From: Monocercomonoides exilis PA203
Lineage: Eukaryota > Protista > Preaxostyla
Length of the DNA: 64,000 nt
Direction of reading: 5' to 3'
NCBI GenBank assembly: GCA_001643675.2
Contig: LSRY02000016.1
Location: 1,116,001 to 1,180,000, forward strand
Positions 24,527 through 36,800 of this stretch are shown in pieces (within the stretch, counting starts at the first letter, position 1; the number at the start of each line of letters is the position of its first letter). The notes below the pieces were generated by a model. The model was not told where the DNA came from, ran no database searches, and saw nothing but the letters and a program-made list of their open reading frames with translations. A program made the position numbers and the translations under genes.

Positions 24527-27333
24527 TCACCTCTGAGTGCGAATGGTATCTACCCATCTCTTCAGCCCTTCATCAATCGACAGATCAGCCAGAATCAAAG
24601 AGCGCTTCACCTCAACTGTCTTGTCAACAGAAAGTTCCTCTCTTGTTGGATGCAGCATCGACATGAGCGTCCCTTTCATTGGCTTCTTTAAAGACTCATC
24701 ACCATCTTCTCCTTCTCTTTCACTTTCTTTACTTTTTTCTCCATCTTCACCTTCTGTTTCAATATCCATCTTCTGCTCGCATTCTTTCATCAGATACATC
24801 GGCGTCTGTTTAATCCCGTCTTCCACAAACAGCTCTTCTTCCTCACTTCCGCAGAACTCGTCCATTTCAAGCATTGCTCTGTATCCTGCTATCCGCGCCA
24901 CCAGCAACTGCGACAGCTGCTCTGCTTCGATCCTCAGCTTCGCTGCCCCTCCTTCAATCAGCCCACCTTCCGTTGCACTTCCATAGCGCCCCGCCTTCGT
25001 CGCAATGGAAGAAGAAGATGCCAACAAATCCATCGATGCCAGTCTTTCTCCACCCGCTGTCACTCCAACCACAGCTGCTCCTCCTCTTCCTCCTCTACCT
25101 CCTCCTCCGCCTCTTCCACCGCCGTTGCTTCCTCCGAAAATGGCTGCTCTTCTTTTGCAGAGTGTGATCAGCCCTTGTCTTTCCAATGAAAGCAGCGCAC
25201 TTTCCAGAAGAGAATTGTTCCCGCTCTGCGACTCAATCCAACTCTGCAGGCATTCTGGCGAGCCGAAACGGAGCACAGAAAGCACTTGGCGCAGAGGAAG
25301 ACGAGGAGAGGCAGAGAGATTCAGAAGAGATGGTGCTGAAGAAGAAGAAGAAGAAGAAGATGATGATGTTGACGAAGTTTGTGCTGATGAACTTGAATCA
25401 GCCTTTTTTCCCTTTTTTGAAGAAGAAGAAGAAGAAGAAGAAGTAGAAGATTCATTTTGAGTGTGTTTTTCGCCAAGGATGATGTTCCTCTTCACAGCCA
25501 GCATCGCCACAAGAAGAGCTCTTTCAATGTGAGATGTCTCGCTAACAAGTCCTTCTTTGCCTGGCTTCTCGTCAAGCGCCTTTGCGGCTGCCAGAACATC
25601 GCTCGTCTGAGCAAATAGAAGTCAATCACATACATACACACATACATACACACACACACACACGTAAACAAACAAGCATTTAAAAAATAAAGAATAATTG
25701 AATGAAGTTTTAAAAAAACAAAGTTTGTAAATGATAGAAATTTAGATCAAATAAAGATATTTGAAAAAACAAACAAAATGAGAAAAAAAAATTTGGAAAA
25801 TAATTACAATGATAAAGAATAAAAATTAAAGAATAAAGAACAAAGAATGAATAAAAGACGGAAATAACAGATCTGTCAAATGCATACAGATATCTTCCAC
25901 TGCTCAACATCTTCTGCTCTTGTAATCCTCTCCCTCACAATTTGCGCCTTCAGCTTTCGCTCAGAAATGATCGCTGCCTCACGTGCCAACTGCAGTGCCA
26001 TCCTGAAATTGAGGGACATTCCGTTGATCTTCCCCACAAGAACACTCCGAGCAGACGAGTCATACAGACTCCGCGGCTCATCTGCTTTGGCTGCTCTTTG
26101 GAGCATTTGCGTGCCCATCCCTCTGCCAACGCCTGGCGTTGCTGCTGCTCCAAAAGGCGTTTTCTCCACTCGCAGTTGTGTGCTTCTCGATAGCGTTGCT
26201 GTTTTCCTTTCAATCTTTCTTGATTTCTCTTCATTATCCGATTCTTCTTCTTCTTCCTCTTCCTCTTCTTCTTTTCCAATTCGCTGTTCGATGATTGTGC
26301 CTATCTGTTCTCTGTTGTATTGCTGGAAGATAACTTTCGGGCAGCCACGCAACAGCGACCCCACTCGCGTGTTGAGGTCGCTCGCCATTCCCAGCTCATT
26401 CGCCACGGCAATGATGCAGAGCCTGTATGGCCTTGTTGTTTGAAGCCTTCCTCGACTTGATGATGGGGCTGATGATGCCTGAGATTTTGTCCATGCAACC
26501 AGATTTTCCAATTCAGAAGGCTTTTCTTTGTTAAAATAATCAACCTCATCAATTAATACAACTAAAGTTATTGGCTTTTCTTTTTTAGTTGCAGATTCTT
26601 TTTCATCAGCTGCATCAAAGATTCGATTCAATTCGTTGAGAGCGTGTTTTGAGGAAATAGAATTGAAAACTGTTGTTTGCGAAACAGGTGAAAAAAAAGA
26701 TGATCCTTGAGGAAACGAAGTTTGCGGTGTACGAGGTGATGCAAATGACTGTGGAGATAACATAATCTTAGCTGGAGAGATTAAAGGATCTCCTTGTTTT
26801 TCAAGTTGAATGTTTTTAATTTGATGAAAAATACCAGGCGATTCAATTACTCCCCAGCCACTTCCTAATTCGTCCAAATGATTGTCACTATTTTTGTAAA
26901 ACTCTTCAACTTTGGCAATAAATTCATATAATGAAATGTAAATTTGTTGAGGATCAGGAACCCTTGCAGCGTTAAATTCTAGGAAGTGCAAAACTGATTT
27001 CACTTTTTTGTGATGAGTATTATTTTCGTTTGAAAGAGCATCACAAATTTGGCGAATTATTGATAAAATTGTAACTGTTTTTCCTGTTCCAGGAATACCC
27101 AATGAAAGAAGAAGTCCTCCTGTTCCATCTTCAAGACGCTGATTTAAAAATGCAGAGATTTGTGTGGTTTCCTTTAATCTGCACAAAAATTTTTGTGGAA
27201 CGTATGCAAGACGAAGTCTTGATCGAAGTTGCTTAAATTCTTTCTTTTTTTTTTGATATGCTTCTAATAGTTGTGAAAACCTTAATTTATATGAGCTACA
27301 GATTTCTCTATGCGTAGGCCCAATGTTTTCCAT
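24527..27333 (-). CDS. Orc1/Cdc6-family AAA+ replication initiator; intron 25607-25887
   Basis: Walker A GIPGTGKT, FLEFNAARVPDPQQIY, Walker B VVLIDEVD, sensor-1 IIAVAN, IFQQYNREQIGTIIEQR, FRMALQLAREA, and a winged-helix-like C-terminus. Confidence 0.8.
25629..25663. repeat. (CA)n/(CATA)n microsatellite in the Orc1/Cdc6 intron
   Basis: Direct reading. Confidence 0.85.
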
Positions 27334-27421
27334 GGTTAATATCAAAACAAAATTAAAAAATTTAATTGTTTTGATCAGAAAAATAATCGCAAATTTTTTC
27401 TTTTGAATCGGAAATTATCAA

Positions 27422-28911
27422 ATGAATAAAGATTATTTTCCCGATAACATTGATCTCATAGAATCTACCATTGAAAGAATTCGTCTTTTTTTAGCTTCAC
27501 ATCCTGATATTGTTGAGTTACACGAGGAAGAACATATATCCAAACTTGTAACTTATAACACACTTGGAGGAAAATATTTTCGTGCTTCCATTATTATAAA
27601 TACAGCACAATATATTTGTGAAGCGAACGAACAAAAATTTGATGCTGAACAGGCAGCAATTCTTGGAGTCTGCACGGAAATGGTTCGATGAGTTATTAAG
27701 CATTACCAAATTTTAAAAAAATTGCTTTCAAAGATGCATGCAAGTTTTCTAATTGCCGATGATGTTATTGACCGATCGCCGACTCGTAGAGGCAAACCAA
27801 CTTGGTACAAACTCCCAGATGTGTGTTATAATATGATAATATTTAATTGCTTCACAAAATTTCTTCTGTAACTGTAGATTGGACTTTCTGGGATAAATGA
27901 CGCTTTCATGTTGGAAAATACAGTCTATGTTGTTCTAAGGCATTTTTTTAAAGAGCATATTTTGTTAGATCGGATAATTTCTGTTTTCCAAAATGTTTGA
28001 ACAAATTTATTTTTATTTTTTTTTTTATAAATATAAAACAGACCATTTGGAGAACGACAATTGGAGAATATATTGATACAAAGTTGTGCTATCATCCAAA
28101 CCATCCGTCAATAACTGCTTTGCCTTCCGAAGATAATAAGCGAGAAGTTCAGCAAATTGATTTATTGACAAAATGTCTAACATCTGAAAATTATAGGAAT
28201 ACTTGCAGCTTGAAAACTGGAGTCTATACGTTCTTTCATCCATTTATTTTGGGGTGCATTTATGGAGGGATAAACCTTAGCGAAGAAGCCTTAAAATCTG
28301 TGGAAGATGTCTGTCTACACATTGGAATTTTGTTTCAAGCTAAGGTATTTGATATTATTAAAATAAGAGATGAATTTTGCACTTTTAATTGAAATTTGTT
28401 TGTGAGGACGATTATCTTGATTGCTATGGAGATCCTGCAATTACAGGAAAAATCGGTACAGATATTGAAGATGGGAAGTGCACTTGGTTTTCATCAAAAA
28501 TCTTATCAATCTCATGTTCCGAAGAAGAAAAAGCAAATATCCTGAAAACTATGATTGTATGAATATGTCTTCGTTATTATCTTGAATGATAATAATTTAT
28601 TTTATGATTTTGATAGACTCATTATGGAAGAAACGAACCTGATTCCGTCAAGGTAATAAAAGAGCTTTATGCAAAATTTAAAGTATGCTTTTCAAAATAT
28701 CATTTCTTTGTTATTTTTTTTTTTTTCCTCCTTCACTGTTAACTTTTTTTTTTCCACTGAAATAAAGTTACAAGAGCTTTTTGAGGAATATTCTGAAAAA
28801 GAAGTTGAGATCATTAAAAAGGAGATTGATTCTTTGCACATCAAAGTTAAAGAAATTCCTGACACAATTCTCAGAAATTTGTGTTATTTATCAAAAGAAA
28901 GAAAGAAATGA
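27422..28911 (+). CDS. FPPS: Short-chain trans-prenyltransferase (FPP synthase fold, possibly FPP/GGPP synthase), multi-exon
   Basis: YNTLGGKYFR, FARM SFLIADDVIDRSPTRRGKP, GINDAFML, KTGVYTF, SARM FQAK|DDYLDCYGD..GKIGTDIEDGKCTW. Confidence 0.9.
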
Positions 28912-29206
28912 AAAGGTTAACACAAGGTATGGAAACAACAAATTACAAATGATAAGGAATGGGATAGAAAGTTCATTTTTTAATTTTTTCACACAAAATT
29001 AAAAAAACAATTGACGTTATTAAATACAAGTGAATAGATTTTTTACAAAATTCAAAGAATAAGATGTACTCATATTCAATCATTAACTATTACGCTTGTC
29101 TGTTCTCATTATTTTGCGGTTCCAGAATAAATATTATTTTTATCATTATTGTTTTTTTTTTTTTTTTTTTTTTTTTTTGAATGAATAAAAGCAGTTGTTA
29201 TTAAAA

Positions 29207-29479
29207 TGGGGCGATGTATTTCACTTCAGGCATTTTCATTGAAAAATTATGCGCTTTTAATAGACTTTTGAAATAAATAAAAAACACAAAAAAAATGAGT
29301 TTATTTTTTGAAATGCATGTGAGGTCACAAAACATTTTGTTATTTCGTCAATGATGTTTGTGAACAAATATGAGAATCATATTTATTTTTAAATTTGTTT
29401 AAGTTAAATTAAGTTAAGAGTTGTTCTTTTTTTTTTGTGCTTTGTGCAAAAAAAGCTTGAAAGTCCGTTCTTTCCCCCA
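29207..29479 (+). mobile_element. MITE family A copy
   Basis: TGGGGCGATGTATTTCACTTCAGGCATTTTC...AAGCTTGAAAGTCCGTTCTTTCCCCCA|TA. Confidence 0.88.
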
Positions 29480-29544
29480 TACGTTAATTATTTTCTTTTT
29501 TCCATTTCTCTTTTTTGAAGTGCAAAAATAAAACAAAGACTTGT

Positions 29545-30950
29545 TTACCATTTAAAAGAAACTTCAAATTCTCCTGTCCCAATCCCTTCTAGATACTTTG
29601 GGTCTTCTGTATCATCAGAAACATATGGATTTAAAATCAAGATTTCTGTATTGATTGGGAACAATCCAGTTGTCCTGAATGCGCTTTCCTTGTTCAGTAA
29701 TGATGTTGCCGTCTTTTCTGCATCGATTGCGCACTCAACGATTAATTTCCTTCTGTCAGCGGCTTTCATTTTTTGTCCATCATTGTGCTCATCCACCCAT
29801 AAGATTTTCCTTCTCCTCGTCAGCTTTCTGAATACATTTCGAAGAGGACAAGCAATTCCAACATTAAAAGGTTGCATTATGTGAGTCATATTTCCAGGCA
29901 GAGTGAAAACGAAAATTAAATGTTTTGCAAATAAAACCAAAGCTGAAGAGCAAAGACGAGATGGATGACCATAAAGAATCAAAAAAAACAGGAGAATTGA
30001 GTGGAATAACTCCAAGCGACCTGCAAATTGTTTTCCATGAGCAGAAATGAACAGCATAACAATGGAAAGCATTTCTGTCCATTCATCCAGATGCAATTAC
30101 GTGGATTTTACAAGAACATGATTTTTTGTAATCCAATAATTCAGAGGGAACTGTTTTCAAGGCAAAAAAATGATAAATGGCGGAGGCGCTATGCAAGATG
30201 GTCCAATGGTGGTCATTATTGATATATGATTATTGAGTTATCTTCTGTGAAAGCATGTGCTCTTTTGGCTTCGGTTGGCACGATTAATTTATGGGAAGAG
30301 CAAAAATCATCATTCCATTCGTCTGCGTAAGATATATTAAATTTGTTTTCAGATGGCTTGAAATCTTTGTTGAACATTAAATCGAACCACGCTCTGATGT
30401 TTGACGCGAATGCTGAGTTCAATTTGGCTGGGGTTTTTTCAGAATAAGAGAAAACTTCAAAATTGAACTTTAAAATGAATCCGGACACATATGCTTGAGA
30501 ATGTGGATCAAGTTGTTAATCAAAATGCTTGATAAAAGGACTAAGTCCAAAGTGAAGAGACATCTTGAATGATTTCAGATTTTGCCTTTGTATTTCCGAA
30601 TAAATAATTTCTCATAATTCTTGAGTTGTTATTCCATCATGTTGATGACATTTTTCATGAACAATATTCAGCACCTTTTCTTCACCCTCGAAGTTAAGCA
30701 AACATGGCCTTGTGTGAATTTCTTTTTCGTTCGAAGTTTGTCCGGAGCAATATCCTCTGACAGCGCTAAAATTTTTTTGTATCGTTATGCTTAACGCTTC
30801 TGATATCAAACAAACCTTCTGTGGATAAGCATCAAGAACAACAATAACTTTTTCGAATAATGAATTATTGTTTCTAACTTCAAACGTTAGTTTTTCTTCT
30901 TGAAATTTTTGTTCTCGTGATATTTTTGACACCTTTGGTTTTTTTAAACA
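29545..30950 (-). pseudogene. Second pogo-like DDE_1 transposase, fragmented
   Basis: SYADEW, ILYGHPSR, LPGNMTHIMQPFNVGI and SAFRTTGLFPIN across broken frames. Confidence 0.75.
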
Positions 30951-33134
30951 AAGAAATAATTAACGGAAAGGAGGAGGATATTTCATCAAAATTTTCCACC
31001 AAAGATTTACGAAATGTTTTTAAAAAAACATACATGCTGTTGCAAATTGAATAATACAGTTAAAACAGTACATAATCACATCGGTTTTTGCACAACTTTT
31101 TGTGACTATTTCCAATTGTGATAATATTCGATATGACTCAACATTGAAATATGAAAAAAAAAACAAATATTTGAAATAATTAATATTATGACTGTTTTTT
31201 TATTTTTTGAAATTCTTCAAAAATATACAATTTTCATTTTCAAAAATTATTTTTGCCATAAATGCACATTGTTTGAACTTATTTGAGCACATTTTTGAAA
31301 AATGAAAAAATGGACTTTTTTGGTTAAAAATTCGGTTTTTCATTGAAAAAATCATGCATAATAATAATAAATGTGATTTTATATTTTCATCCATGTGATA
31401 ATATGAAATAGAAAGTGAATGAAAATAGGCCAAAAATGTCGATTCATGGAAAAATGTGACAATATACGTATGTGATTGTTTTCGAAGTGATTATATCCCG
31501 TTTTGACTGTCCCCCCTTCACGTCCAATTCCCCAGAAAACTACAAATTCGACTTTTTGTGATAGTATGTGTGTTGATGGATCGTCTTTGTCTTCTTTTCT
31601 TCATATTCCAGTCGAAAGCTGCCATTTGGATTTAGTATTTCATTTTCATTCAACATTCATTTTATATCATTATCTTCAGGATAAATACACAATTCTATCA
31701 TAAAAACTTGCAAAATTTCTCATTGGATTCTTTTGATCAAAACATAAATGATTCTTTAGAAGCTCTTTGAATCAATTGTTTTCCAGTTCAATTAATAGCT
31801 TTCTACAAACAATAGCAAATAAATTTCTTATTTGTCTCGATCAGCGAGCAGTGAAATATTTGTTTTCTGAAATAAGATAAGAAAAAAAAAGGAAAAGAAA
31901 AAGTAATTGTTTTAGATAGACATCATAGTGAGATTTCTAATTTGCTGCTCATGTGTTGAAACATGTTTTTTTTATATAATTTGATATCACTCGATTCTCA
32001 TAACTTTCTAACTTTTGTTCATTTTGGCATTTCTTTTTGATAAGAAGCAAATGGAAAATTTTCAAACAGATCATTAATTTCCGTATTTTGCTAAAATTTC
32101 AATAAACATACACCAAACTTCACGAATGGGGAATCTATTTCTTGATAATACTGTTTCATTCAATTTTTTGTTGATTCGTTAGAGGAAACAGATATTGGAT
32201 CAAAATATGTAATTTTTATTCAATTTGAAAATTTTTTTAATGTGACTTTTCAAAAAAAAAAATGACCCATATAATACATTTTGAAAGTGCTTTAGAGATG
32301 TTCATGAATAAATACTCAACTTTCTTTTCTTCTCTCAAACCGAATTGGAATCACAATTTTCTATCGTTAGATAGTCAACAATATTGTTAAATATTCCAAA
32401 CTTTCGAAAATTATTTTTTGTTGCTCAGGATTTCGACAATAATCTTTGTTGAGTTTAAAAAATATCACTTCAACGTTATTTCCTTGGTCAAAAATAACAT
32501 ATAAAAGCATCCTGAAATTTGTTTTATTCATTTTTTTATTATTTTGTATTTCATGATCAAATTTTTTATGTAACATTTTTTTTCGATTTACACTTTTTTT
32601 GTATTTGCTTGCAAGCTACTGAAAAGACATTTTTGGCTTTCAGTTCTTCAAAAAAACATTTTGAATACAATATTCACACAATTTATTTACTGTTTGTTTT
32701 ATTTCTAATTATTCACAACTCATTTGCCAATTTCGTTTTTTTGTTAAAGTTGAAAGGATATTTTCTAGAAAACCAAGAAACGCACATAAAATAAGTTCAT
32801 GATTTGAATAGATTTTTCTGAGTTCAATATTTTTATGATTCTTATTGAAGACAAACAATTTTCATGTGATGTTTTTTCATTTATTTTCAATCACTCTTTA
32901 TCGTAGAGCCAAATATTTTTAATCACATTTTAAATTACTGTGAGATTTTTTTTCTTATATAAATCGTTTTTTTGATCGAAAGTCTCAATTGTTTGATTTT
33001 TCAAAATTATGTTTAACAAGTCCAAATAACAAATAAAAACGAATTTCTTTTTTATTGATGAAGAAAAACGAGTATTCTTGAAAAATATTTAAAAATCAAA
33101 TAACTGACCAAAACTTTATTGATTATTTATTTAT

Positions 33135-33393
33135 TGTGAAATAATTTTTTGAAATCACAACTTTTTTCAGTGTGTTTGTTTTTTAAAGATTGTTTGTCAC
33201 AGCAAAGAAATTTTGTCCATAACTTGTGTATTTATCACAATTGCTTTAATAACAAATATTTTTGCTCAAAAAAAAGACGATGATGACTTTTTTTAACGTT
33301 TTCATTTTTCAGTATTCTTTTGTTGATTCTAAAAAAATATTTGATAACAGAAATCCTTAAAAGGAAAAAAATGCTTGCAAAAATAATTATCAA
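33135..33393 (-). mobile_element. MITE family B copy, inverted and diverged
   Basis: Reverse complement shares TCAACAAAAGAAT, TTGTGATAA and TGACAAACAAT..GAAAAAAGTT.TGAT with 8966-9223. Confidence 0.65.
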
Positions 33394-33874
33394 TTTTTTT
33401 TTATTTTTTTCTGTAAAAACAGAAACAACTTTTAATCACAATCGGATATTATCACAGTAAAATTGCAAAACACGATGTGATTTTATTTGATTTGGACAGA
33501 GATTGATAAATTATGATCTGCTTTTTCCAATTTTAATTTTTATTTTTTTATAAAACCCATGAATTCAACTGTAATGCACAAAGTTTCAACATGAATTAAC
33601 TCGGTTTCACATATTTTCAACAAAAAATAAAATTATTTGAATTTTTGAGTTCAGATCTTCATTTTATCATCGCAAATTTATTATGTGTGATTGGAATTTC
33701 TTTTTTTTTCACTTTTAGTTCAAAAAAATTGTGAAATACTTCTCAGAAATATATGTTTAATTTTTATTTGATTGTTAAACAAATTTATTTGATTGCTTTT
33801 GATACAAATAAATATCTTTCAGATCAATAATTGTAATATTAAGTCTTGATTTTATCAATTGTTTTATTTTACAT

Positions 33875-36800
33875 ATGAGCGGACAATTACTTCTATTAAT
33901 TTGTTTGCTCATAGCTAAGGCACTTGCAATGCAAGATGTCTTTCGATGTAGTGAATCAAATAATAATTATGTTTGTTCTGGTATTGATTTTTTTTTGATG
34001 ACACATTTTCTCTGGTCAGCGAGAGCTGTTTCCCGTAGAGTTGAGTACAAACATACTTAATGCGACTGCGAATAATTTATATTCTTTTTCTAATGCGAGT
34101 GAGCAACATCCTACCTTTTACACGGAGATAATTACTTTTTTCTCAATTTCCAATTCTTCGATTGGATTGAGGTTGCTAACGATGGATCATCATGCTATTT
34201 CGTCTTTTCTACTTTCAACAACGTATTCTAAAACAAGAATTGAATCATGCTTCGTTTACCAAAATTCTTCATTTTTATTTATGTTACGAGAAAGTTCAAT
34301 TTTTATTTGGAACTTAAGCTTTCTTCAAAAAGCAGAAGCGTACCCCAACAGTATCGTAAATGCATCTGACGAATTTTCTTCTATTATTTTGAGTGATTCC
34401 GTTTTTTCAAGTTTGACCATGTCTTCGAAAGATAATTTCCTCGTTTCTGGAAAGAGCCAAAGCGAACAAATTGATAGCTGCCATTTTTATAACCTTTCTG
34501 TAAAGCATGACAAAAACAATTATCACCATATTGATCATTTTTCTTGTTTAAGTTTGATGGAGAATTGCCTTACGTCATCTTCTATGAACGTTCTTGAGGG
34601 AGGGATTGTAAGTGGAACAGAAGGATCTGGTTCATTTTTGTGCAACAATTGCACATTTGTTCAGAATGAAAGAATGGATAGGAGAGTGAGAAATACGGAT
34701 AGAAATACAACAACTCAAACACAGACTTATAAGAATGCTGAATGGATTGAATGCTCTGCTCCATGTGGAGGAGCGCTGTATGTGCATGACAATTCGAGTG
34801 CAACGCTGACTGTTGAGAATTCATCTTTTGTGAAATGCAACGCAACTGAAACCAGAGGTGGAGGTATTTTTGCCGAGAAAATTGCTGAATGCACAGTGAA
34901 ACATTCCGCATTTATTGAATGTTATTGTCTTTCATCAAGAGATCATGGAGGTGCTGGAGTGGAATTTGAAGGTTTAATTATTCAAATTCTTGTTGACAAT
35001 TGTTTGTTCAAAGATGGATGGACAGAAAATGATGGTGGAGGATTGGGGATTTGGAGCTCAAAAGCAACAAAAATGAAAGACTGTGTGTTGAACTGCTTGG
35101 TTCAGAATTGCAGTGCACATAACCGAGACAACTCGGGTGGAGGAGGTTTTAATTTTTGGAACACAGTTGACAAAATAGTTACGCACAACTGCCTTTTTAA
35201 AGGGTGCCATTCAGACTGCACCGGCGGTGCAGTATGTATTCAGACAAATGGATATAATGGAAATCTAATGTGGTTTTGTTTTTTTCACAACAACAGCTCA
35301 CCTCAAGGAATCGATATAAATGTTTATGATAACTCCATGAACTCCATAACCTCATGGTGCTTCTCAACAAGCATAAATGGAAATAGATATTTTGCAGGCA
35401 TAGACAGAAGCGATTGGCTTCCGAATACTGGTGGAAATTGCAGATTTGTCGCTTCGGTGGAGAATCAAGCAAATGCAAAAGACACATTCAGCTGTGGGTT
35501 GAATGAAAGTTGTGCATGTCTCACAATCAGCCATTGTCTGTCTCAAATGATTGTGGGGTTTGTGGAGGAAATCAAAGTGCTTTCTGGAACAGTTGTGGAA
35601 GGAAAAGGAGTTGATGTTGGGGAGAAAACGATCACTATGAATGGGGCTTCACCAGCTGGCTCGGCCATTGAAACAAAGTTTGAGGAAAGTGGACTGAGTC
35701 TGCTTTGTGTTAGAACAGGGAAATTGGTTGTGAGCGATCTGTCTGTGATTCACAATTCTTCATTTGAAAACAACCGACAATGCAGTTTGTTTGAGGTTCG
35801 GGGAAGTGGATTAATGGACGTGAAGCGAATGAATATATCGATGGATGCAGCTCATTCAGAAGAGAGGAGCATCCAGAACTCGCTTGTGAAATTGGAAGGG
35901 GGAGAGTTGAAAATGAAAGATGTGAGATGGATCCAAACATTCAGCGCCACAAGTGTGATGTCTCTGCCTCAAGGATCGCCTGTTTCATTGCCTCTGGATA
36001 ACTGCACTTTCAACAACATTGTGAGGACAACAGCTGGATCATCACTGATGAATGTGGGTGAAGGATCAAACTCAATAACTCTTGATGGATGCACTGTTGA
36101 TGGGTGTGGAAGTGAAGTCTCTGAGTTTGGAGGAGGAATGATGATTGAAATGGGGAATGTTGGTTCATTTACGATGAATGGAGGTGTTGTGAAGAACTGT
36201 TATGCCTCAGCCACTCAAGGGAGAGGAGGAGGGATTGGGCTGAAAGTGAAAGACACAAATGCAGAGTTTCTTATTTCATCAGCATTTGAAGGAAATCGAG
36301 CAAAATTTGGGAGTGATATTTTTGTTGATTCGATCGATCTGGAGTCAACAGCAACAAGTGGGAAAATTGCCTCGTTAACACCCTCATTTGATACAAAGAG
36401 CAAGATGCAAGGATTCAACAATGGAGATGAATCAGCTCCAATTCCGCTATGCGTTTATCTGATTCCTTTGCCAGAAGAGATTGTTGTGAGCAATGTTGAT
36501 GCTTCTGACAATTCTTATTGTGGATACGCTGAAATTCCGTGTCAGACTCTGAAGCATTGCTTGACAAGGCAAGAAGAAGAAAAGAAGATTGTTATCTTTG
36601 GGATGGCGGAAGTGAACAGTGAGCTGACATTTGACTCCTTGAAGCACACAATCCGAGGGAAAGATGGAAACAGTGGATGGAAGGTTATTGATGATTCTGA
36701 TGGAAGTGAAGGAAGCATGATAACTGTCAGTGCAAATGCGAACATGAGCTCACTCATTTTCTCTGTTCCTTCTGCTCTTCCAAATCACGAAATCTTCTTC

